From: Raillietiella orientalis
Lineage: Eukaryota
DNA: 64,000 bases
Assembly (NCBI GenBank): GCA_036172245.1
Contig: JAYWIR010000044.1
Span: 992,001 to 1,056,000 of the forward strand
Reading direction: 5' to 3'
Under the pieces are notes generated by a model. That model did no database searches and was not told the DNA's origin. It saw only the letters and a list, made by a program, of their open reading frames with translations. Each line of letters begins with the position of its first letter. Within the stretch, counting starts at the first letter, position 1. The position numbers were made by a program, and so were the translations under genes. Positions 62,330-64,000 of this stretch are shown piece by piece.

Positions 62330-63990
62330 TGCGACCTCTGTCCGGGGCAGGTGCTCTTCGCCCCTTTCCCCGTCCTCGTTCGGTCGGAGTCAGCGCGAGC
62401 GTTAACACACCCACGCACTTCGTGCGGGCACCAGCAGCAGCACGAGATGGCGAAGCAATGGTGTCGTTTCCTCAACGCCGACGCGCGCAGGCGTGCGCAA
62501 ACAGAAGGTGGCGCCGCTGCTGCACGTACCTGCGACGATGGCTGACGAGGGACAGTGCCAACGGTAGTCTCCAGAACGCGGCCGTCGACAGCCAGGTCCT
62601 GATGGATGCTGTGGGCAGAGCAGCCGCGCACCAGGAGAGCGGTTCCTGCCGGCGGCTTCCTGTGTCCGTGGTCGCTGCGGAGGATTCTCCTGTATCAGCC
62701 TTACGCTGCCCCCCTCCCCTGTCCCAGGGACACCAGTGACGTCGGCGCCAATCGGAAATGCATGAGGTCAACTCGCCCTCTCTCGCGACGAGCGCGCGGA
62801 ACACGTGTCGGCGATACTCCGACCTCAGCACAAGTTGTCCAAATTCCCGACTCCCTATGCTTCTCTCGGGAATGGGAGCTTTTGCCACCGCACCCAGCCT
62901 CTCGGCTCCAAGTTCGGCGTCGCTCGAGACTGAAGGTCATCCTCCTCAGACGCAGCTGTGCCCGACCCGTGCCCTTTCGTCGAAGGTTCGACCCAGACAG
63001 TACTTCTAGGAGATCTGGCTGCGTCGAATGTCCAGCATCTCGACGAGCTGTCCTGCGCGCGTTCGAAACCTCCATCCTTCCAAGAATGAGCGCCTCCTTG
63101 CGCCGAAGCTCCGACCACGTCCTTGCTTCCTGGGTTGCCTCCGGCTGCCGGATCCAGGATCACTTGTGCTGCTGCCACTACGAGGCTCAGCGGCTTCCTG
63201 GTCACAGGGACTGCTCATCCCACGCTGGACTCGCAGCTGCGGAAGATCTCAAGTCGGAGGGGAGGCTCCGCGTCTCGGCCACTCTCTCCTGGGCATCCGG
63301 CGACGCGGCGCACTCTTCACCGGTTCAGGTGTGCGGTGGAAGGCAGCAGAGAAGTAACATGAGTTCATCGCTGGAATGAGCTCCCTCCCGTTCCTGAACA
63401 AAGGAACAGGGATGGTCTCCCCACACGCCGCCTGCTCCTTCGATACCACCTTGAGGACTCTCGGAAGGGCGCAGGGAAGGAAGCAGACCACATGCAAAGA
63501 CCCGCTGCCTTTCTGCATCAACGGAGGGATCCCAGCAGCTGTGTTTCCAAGGTCGTGGGATCCCCACGATGGGGAGTCGTTGCGAAGGCTAGAGATCTCG
63601 TGGCTGTGAAATCTTCGAGAAACGAGATGTCTCATCCAACGCGGCCGCAGGGGGCATCCATCGCTCGGGACATCTTGCCGATGAAGAAAACGTCGGGAAC
63701 GTTGACGCCAAGAAGAACTGGCTCCAGCGGGTGCGGAGCGAACTGAGCATTTATGGAATATGGACGCCATCGCCTGATACGGAAGGGAAGTGGAGATGAG
63801 AGGGAAATGAAGATGGTGGAGAATTTGGAACCGTTCGTCCGATGCGATAAACGGCTGCTTCCTTCACACGCCGTTGGTATTTCTTAGTCAGCTATTCTGT
63901 GGAAAGCTGCTTTCGAGACCGTTGAGACCTTTGCCACCCAATCGTTGACAGAGCTGCGTCTTTCGCACGTCGCTTGTATTTGCAGCTATC
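62330..63990 (-). mobile_element. Decayed LINE ORF2 (APE, linker, RT domains 1-3); APE part is a close inverted copy of 24760-25460
   Basis: Near-identical translations to the 25-kb ORFs (MQKGSGSLHVVCFLP...), then VAKAPIPE (~KAPGPDG), KADTG and ALPTASI (~FxPGRSI). Confidence 0.65.
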
Positions 63991-64000
63991 GCTGCTCTTG

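Overview
This is a GC-rich eukaryotic window, possibly from a green-plant lineage given DUF4283-like ORF1 remnants, though the host cannot be identified from sequence alone. It consists almost entirely of nested, heavily decayed non-LTR retrotransposon fragments of the L1/Tx1 type on both strands. I recognised these by eye from degenerate motifs: AP-endonuclease (TWNV, QETH, GDFN, SDH-like), reverse transcriptase (LDFEK, QGCPLSP-like, ADD, ASGxxIN, LPxxxGGLG), zf-RVT (CxxC..E..H..C) and an ORF1 CCHC knuckle. No intact gene, RNA gene or CRISPR array is supported, and nearly all listed ORFs are chance GC-rich frames. The clearest structures are a near-perfect 340-bp inverted duplication (53006-53917), a 28-bp VNTR (38054-38335), a 47-bp minisatellite cassette bracketed by 26-bp direct repeats at the same endonuclease site in three LINE copies, a conserved LINE 3'-terminal AATAAA plus hairpin, several 23-79 bp direct or inverted repeats bracketing inserts, and an AT-rich internally duplicated island (~58.5-60.5 kb). 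TE boundaries are approximate. I see no convincing novel multi-gene system.
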